Source of the DNA: Eubacteriales bacterium
GTDB lineage: Bacteria; Bacillota; Clostridia; Oscillospirales; CAG-272
Direction of reading: 5' to 3'
Assembly: GCA_045659365.1 (NCBI GenBank)
Contig: JAZOWT010000105.1
Span: 1-52,059 of the forward strand
Length of the DNA stretch: 52,059 bases
The translations under genes were made by a program, and so were the position numbers. Positions within the stretch are counted from its first letter, which is position 1, and each line of letters begins with the position of its first letter. Positions 45,230 through 52,059 of this stretch are shown piece after piece. The notes under the pieces are model-generated. The model was not told where the DNA came from. It made no database searches and saw only the letters and a list, made by a program, of their open reading frames with translations.

Positions 45230-46384
45230 ATGAAATTTACAGTACAGAAATCTACTTTTATGAACGTGCTCACTCCTGCGATGGGTACGGTATCGAATAA
45301 AAATACTATCACCTCTATCGAGGGTATCCTCATCGAAACTCTCGATAACGGAAAGGTGAGGATCTCCTCTTACGACATGAACAAGGGCGTGCGTGCCGTG
45401 TTCGAGCCTATCTCTATCGAGGAGGAGGGCCGCTTCATTATCAATGCGCAAAGACTTTATCAGACTGTGCGCGTTCTTCCTGAGGATGAGCTTACCATTG
45501 AGGTAAACGATAAGCTCAACTGCATCATCACCTGCGGAAAGGCAAACTTCTCTATGTTTGCGACCAGAGGCGAGGACTTCCCTAACCTTCCCGACCTTGT
45601 ATCCGACAGAGGCTTTGAGATAAGCTCCTCCGTTCTCCGTACCATAATCGGTAAGGTTGCACACTCGGTAGCGGTTCAGGATAACAGAGTTATGCTTACC
45701 GGTGCTTACTTCAAGATCAAGAGCGACGAGATGGAGGTAGTTTCCTGCGATAACTACACCCTTTCCAAGTGCAAGGTTAAGTGTGAAATCGGCGCGGCAA
45801 ACGAGGCAAGCGCGGTTGACTACTCCTTCATTATTCCCGGACATGCTCTTTCCGAGATCGTTAAGATCCTCCCCGACAACGATGAGTTCAAGTGCGTGTT
45901 CTACCTTTCCAGAAAGCACGCGATCATCAGATGCGACGATATCGTGTTCTTCACCAGAACGATCGATTCCGAGTACATAGATTATAACCGCATCACACCC
46001 AAGGATAACGACATATTCGTTACCGTTGCAAAGGACAGGATTCTTTCCGGTCTTGAGCGCGCGAACATCATTGCTGAGGAAAGAATTCAGGGATCGGGCA
46101 GAAGCTACGTTAAGCTTAAGACCGACGAGCAGACTCTCATAATCACCTCCTCCTCCGTAAACGGCCGCGTATCCGATGAGATGGACTGCGTGCATGAGGG
46201 TGGCGATATCGAGATCGGCTTCAACTGTCGCTACCTCATCAACAGCATCAGAGTTGCAGACGGTGAGAATATCAAGATCTCTCTTAAGTCTCCTACTCAT
46301 GCGATCACCATTGAGCCCGCTGAGGAAAACGGTGAATTTGATTACTTCTACATGATTCTTCCCGTAAGGATGAACGAGCAGTAA
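45230..46384 (+). CDS. dnaN: DNA polymerase III beta clamp
   Basis: MKFTV..., DFPNLP, IGFNCRYL and MILPVR motifs; position after dnaA. Start is 45218 or 45230 (GGAG precedes 45230). Confidence 0.95.
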   Translation: MKFTVQKSTFMNVLTPAMGTVSNKNTITSIEGILIETLDNGKVRISSYDMNKGVRAVFEPISIEEEGRFIINAQRLYQTVRVLPEDELTIEVNDKLNCIITCGKANFSMFATRGEDFPNLPDLVSDRGFEISSSVLRTIIGKVAHSVAVQDNRVMLTGAYFKIKSDEMEVVSCDNYTLSKCKVKCEIGAANEASAVDYSFIIPGHALSEIVKILPDNDEFKCVFYLSRKHAIIRCDDIVFFTRTIDSEYIDYNRITPKDNDIFVTVAKDRILSGLERANIIAEERIQGSGRSYVKLKTDEQTLIITSSSVNGRVSDEMDCVHEGGDIEIGFNCRYLINSIRVADGENIKISLKSPTHAITIEPAEENGEFDYFYMILPVRMNEQ

Positions 46385-47485
46385 ATGATTATAAAGAGAT
46401 TTTGCGCCGAGAATTTCAGAAATATCGAAAAATGTGATATTTCACTTCTTCCCGGAGTAAATCTTCTCTACGGCAACAACGCGCAGGGCAAGACAAATGC
46501 AGTCGAGGGTATCTACGTATTCGCGCGGGGAAAGTCATTCCGCGCAAAGGAGGATAAGGAGCTTTTAAGCTTTGATAAGCCGGGCTTCCGTATCTATATC
46601 GAGTACGAGGACTCGGACGGCGAGCATACCCTTGAATATGCGCACTTCGGCCGTGAGAGAAGAAGAAGGCGCAATGGCTATCCCATAAAAAGCGTTAAGG
46701 AAATGATCGGCGGCTTCCGTGCGGTTCTCTTTTACCCCGATGACCTCGGGCTTGTAAAGGACAGCCCCGAGGAGCGCAGAGCCTTTCTTAACGTGGCGAT
46801 AAGCCAGTGCTACCCAATTTACATAGACGATTATTCAAGATACAAAACCGCGCTTGAGAACAAGAATTGTCTGCTTAAAAGCGCGTCAAAGGGCGGCTAC
46901 GTCGATAGAGTCGAGCTTGAAAGCTGGGCAGGATCAATGGCGGAATATGCCGCGAAAATATACAAAATGCGCACCGACTACATAAAAAAGCTGGAGCTAT
47001 ACGCAAACGCGGTAATGAAGGACATCTCGGGCGGTGCGGAGGAGCTTCGCCTCTCGTACAAGAGTGATATAGACACAGAGGGACTTGATCATAACGGACT
47101 CAGGGATGCCTACTACGGAATATTTACAAGAGAGCTTGAGCGCGAGATGATAGTCGGCTCATCGCTCTGGGGCCCGCACAGGGACGATATGGATATACTT
47201 ATAAACGGTGTCAGCGCGCGCTCGTATGCGTCACAAGGTCAGCAGAGATCTATCGTTCTTGCACTAAAGCTTGCTGAGGGTGAGGTGTGCCGTGAGATAT
47301 GCGGTGAGTACCCGGTTTATCTGTTTGACGACGTTCTTTCAGAGCTTGACGCGGCAAGGCGCGAGTACGTGCTTTCCGACGTTGGAGAAAAGCAGATAAT
47401 AATTACCTCCTGCGAGCCGGATATAGGCGGAGTTAATGCCACTAACGTTATAAAAGTAACGTCAGGAACTTACGAAAGTAGGTAA
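46385..47485 (+). CDS. recF: DNA replication/repair protein RecF
   Basis: NFRN, GNNAQGKTN, GPHRDD, SQGQQRS and DDVLSELD motifs. Confidence 0.96.
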   Translation: MIIKRFCAENFRNIEKCDISLLPGVNLLYGNNAQGKTNAVEGIYVFARGKSFRAKEDKELLSFDKPGFRIYIEYEDSDGEHTLEYAHFGRERRRRRNGYPIKSVKEMIGGFRAVLFYPDDLGLVKDSPEERRAFLNVAISQCYPIYIDDYSRYKTALENKNCLLKSASKGGYVDRVELESWAGSMAEYAAKIYKMRTDYIKKLELYANAVMKDISGGAEELRLSYKSDIDTEGLDHNGLRDAYYGIFTRELEREMIVGSSLWGPHRDDMDILINGVSARSYASQGQQRSIVLALKLAEGEVCREICGEYPVYLFDDVLSELDAARREYVLSDVGEKQIIITSCEPDIGGVNATNVIKVTSGTYESR

Positions 47486-47491
47486 AAGAGT

Positions 47492-47788
47492 ATGTATCTA
47501 CACATAGGAAACGGAGTCAGCATCAAGGATGAAAGTATAATAGGCATCTTTGACCTTGATACTGCGACTGTGTCTAAGATAACCAAGAAATTTATAAATG
47601 AGAGCGAGAAGCGCGGAGAGGTTGAGTATACTGACTACGACTTGCCGAGAAGCTTTATCGTTTGCGGTGACAGGACTGAAAGTAAGATCAAGCTTTCAAG
47701 AATTTCATCTGTAGGACTCAAGCAAAGGCTTGAGGAAACCGAGGCGGCACTTAATATGCCTGTCGGATCAAAAGAGCGTAAAATATGA
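47492..47788 (+). CDS. remB: DUF370/RemB family protein
   Basis: MYLHIG..IIGIFDLD, PRSFIV and SRISS..LK.R motifs; typical position between recF and gyrB. Confidence 0.85.
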   Translation: MYLHIGNGVSIKDESIIGIFDLDTATVSKITKKFINESEKRGEVEYTDYDLPRSFIVCGDRTESKIKLSRISSVGLKQRLEETEAALNMPVGSKERKI

Positions 47789-49744
<1,956 letters not shown>

Positions 49745-49764
49745 ATTACAGAATGGTGAAATAA

Positions 49765-52059
49765 ATGGAACATAATTACAAAAGCACCGATATAGAATTT
49801 CCTCTCCAGAAAATAGAGCTGAGAGATATACGTAAGGAGGTCGAAACCTCGTTTATCGAGTATTCGATGAGCGTTATCACCTCACGTGCTCTTCCTGACG
49901 TGCGCGACGGTATGAAGCCCGGTCAGAGAAGAATTCTCTACGCTATGTATGAGGATAATCTTACACACGACAAGCCCTTCCGTAAGTCGGCAACGACCGT
50001 CGGTAACGTGCTTGGTAGATACCATCCCCACGGTGACAGCGCCGTATACGGAACGATGGTAAGAATGGCGCAGGATTTCTCACTTCGTTACACTCTTGTT
50101 GAGGGCCACGGTAACTTCGGTAGTATAGACGGTGACCCGCCTGCTGCATACCGTTACACCGAGGCAAGAATGTCGAAGATCGCAAGCCATATGATGAGTG
50201 ACATCGAAAAGAAGGTCGTTCCAATGACCAGAAACTTCGATAACACCCGTGACGAGCCCACGGTTCTTCCCTCCCGCTTCCCTAACCTGCTTGTAAACGG
50301 CTCGGTTGGTATCGCGGTAGGTATGGCGACAAACATTCCTCCTCACAACCTCTCCGAGGTAGTAGACGGAACTATTTACAGAATTGACAACCCCGAATGC
50401 TCGGTTGACGAGCTTATGGAGTTCATCAAGGGCCCCGACTTCCCCACTGCGGCTATCATTTACGGCTCTCGCGGAATCAGAGAGGCGTATGAGACCGGTC
50501 GCGGTAAGGTTTACATCCGTGCGCGTGCAAAGATCGAGGACGAGCACAGAAGAATCATCTTCACCGAGATTCCCTACATGGTAAACAAGTCGATGCTTAT
50601 CGAGAGCATGGCTAACCTCGTTAAGGACAAAAAGATCGAGGGCATCACCGCTCTTCGTGACGAGTCCGGACGTGGCGGTATGAGAATCGTTGTTGAGTAT
50701 CGCAGAGATGCAAACGGTGAGGTAATACTTAACCAGCTTTACAAGTACACTCAGCTTCAGGACACCTGCTCGGTAAATATGCTTGTCATTGACGGCGGCG
50801 AGCCCAAGATTCTCTCTCTCGGTCAGATACTTGACAGATACATCGAATTTCAGAAGAGCGTTATCATCAACAGAACTCAGTTCGACCTTGATAAGGCACT
50901 TCGTGAGATGCACATACTCGAGGGCTATAAGATTGCTATCGATAATATCGATGAGGTTATCGCAACCATCAAGAAGAGTGCATCTATTCCCGATGCTAAG
51001 GAAAAGCTGATGGAGCGCTTCGGTCTTACCGAGGTACAGGCACAGGCTATCGTCGAGATGACTCTCGGTAAGCTTTCCGGCCTCGAGAGACAGAAGGTTG
51101 AGGACAGACTTGCAAAGCTTGCAGTTATCGTAGAGGAGCTTCGCGGCATACTTGCCGACGAGAACAAGATCAAGGACATCATCAAGAAGGAGCTTACCGA
51201 GATCAAGGATAAGTTCGGTGATGAAAGACTCTCCGAGCTTTGCGAGGCTACTGAGGAGATCGACCTTGAGGATCTTATCGAAAGACACACCTGCGTTATT
51301 ACCGTAAGCCATACCGGCTACATCAAGCGCCAGCGCGCAGACGCGTACACCGCGCAGAACAGAGGCGGTAAGGGTATAATCGGTATGACTACCAAGGAGG
51401 ACGACTACGTAGAGAACGTTATCGTCGTAAACAGCCATTCTCATCTTCTCTTCTTCACAAACAAGGGAAGAATTTACTCCAAAAAGGCATATAGAATTCC
51501 CGAGGCAGGCAGAACTGCAAAGGGTACCAACCTTGTCAATATCATCGAGCTTCAGGAGGGCGAGTGCGTAACCGCAATAATCTCGGTAACCGACTTCGTT
51601 GACGGCGAGTATCTCACCATGGTAACCAAGCGCGGTGTTATCAAGAGAACTCTTCTTTCCGAGTTTGAATACCAGCGCAAGGGCGGTAAGATCGCTATCA
51701 ATCTTGATGAGGACGATGAGCTTATCTTCGTTCGCCACACCACAGGTAACGAGAGCCTTATCATCGCTACCCGCGAGGGTAATGCAGTAAGATTCGACGA
51801 GAACAACGTACGTTCTATGGGCCGTACTGCAAGAGGTGTTAAGGGTATCACTCTTACAGGTGATGACTACGTTGTAGGTGTTGCAGTGGTTGACGAGGAA
51901 AAGACACTTCTTACTATTACCGAAAAGGGTGTTGGTAAGAGAACAAACTTCTCCGACTTCAGAGAGATGAAGCATCGCGGCGGCCGTGGTGTAACCTGCC
52001 AGAACATTACCGAAAAGACCGGTAAGCTTGCATCTATCATTACCGTTGCCGAGGATGAT
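49765..52059 (+). CDS. gyrA: DNA gyrase subunit A (3'-truncated at the window edge; absent from the ORF track)
   Basis: ATG at 49765: MEHNYKSTD...[36 protein letters not shown] and GyrA-box QNRGGKG; frame open to the window end. Confidence 0.96.
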   Translation, partial: MEHNYKSTDIEFPLQKIELRDIRKEVETSFIEYSMSVITSRALPDVRDGMKPGQRRILYAMYEDNLTHDKPFRKSATTVGNVLGRYHPHGDSAVYGTMVRMAQDFSLRYTLVEGHGNFGSIDGDPPAAYRYTEARMSKIASHMMSDIEKKVVPMTRNFDNTRDEPTVLPSRFPNLLVNGSVGIAVGMATNIPPHNLSEVVDGTIYRIDNPECSVDELMEFIKGPDFPTAAIIYGSRGIREAYETGRGKVYIRARAKIEDEHRRIIFTEIPYMVNKSMLIESMANLVKDKKIEGITALRDESGRGGMRIVVEYRRDANGEVILNQLYKYTQLQDTCSVNMLVIDGGEPKILSLGQILDRYIEFQKSVIINRTQFDLDKALREMHILEGYKIAIDNIDEVIATIKKSASIPDAKEKLMERFGLTEVQAQAIVEMTLGKLSGLERQKVEDRLAKLAVIVEELRGILADENKIKDIIKKELTEIKDKFGDERLSELCEATEEIDLEDLIERHTCVITVSHTGYIKRQRADAYTAQNRGGKGIIGMTTKEDDYVENVIVVNSHSHLLFFTNKGRIYSKKAYRIPEAGRTAKGTNLVNIIELQEGECVTAIISVTDFVDGEYLTMVTKRGVIKRTLLSEFEYQRKGGKIAINLDEDDELIFVRHTTGNESLIIATREGNAVRFDENNVRSMGRTARGVKGITLTGDDYVVGVAVVDEEKTLLTITEKGVGKRTNFSDFREMKHRGGRGVTCQNITEKTGKLASIITVAEDD

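Overview
Chromosomal window from a spore-forming Clostridia-like (Bacillota) bacterium that spans the replication origin (dnaA-oriC-dnaN-recF-remB-gyrB-gyrA at the right end). The taxon is inferred from spoIIE, spoVA, addA, remB and sigmaA-type promoters. Most of the window is housekeeping and sporulation genes: trmH-type methylase, pepF, cation antiporter, ansA, GH29 fucosidase, spoIIE, truB, addA, rnhA, glyA, tRNA-Thr, PHP phosphatase, gerA/spoVAF, birA, GH2, alaS, spoVAC-AD-AE. No transposase, prophage or CRISPR array is evident. The most unusual items are: (1) a 12.4-kb minus-strand cluster joining a GldA/GldF/GldG/GldG/DUF4340-type ABC module to two exported trigger-factor-like proteins, with degenerate FKBP-like domains apparently nested or repeated, a candidate extracytoplasmic export/folding system; (2) an in-frame amber codon at a conserved Lys of alaS; (3) a biotin ligase with a probable ATA start and a BirA-type operator, heading a birA-GH2-alaS unit; (4) a small membrane-anchored HEPN-motif protein; (5) a composite REP/REPIN-like palindrome cluster; (6) a Cys/His-repeat protein with recent internal duplications; (7) an atypical origin neighbourhood with no rpmH/rnpA and no yaaA. 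All family calls come from reading motifs by eye; no database search was run.
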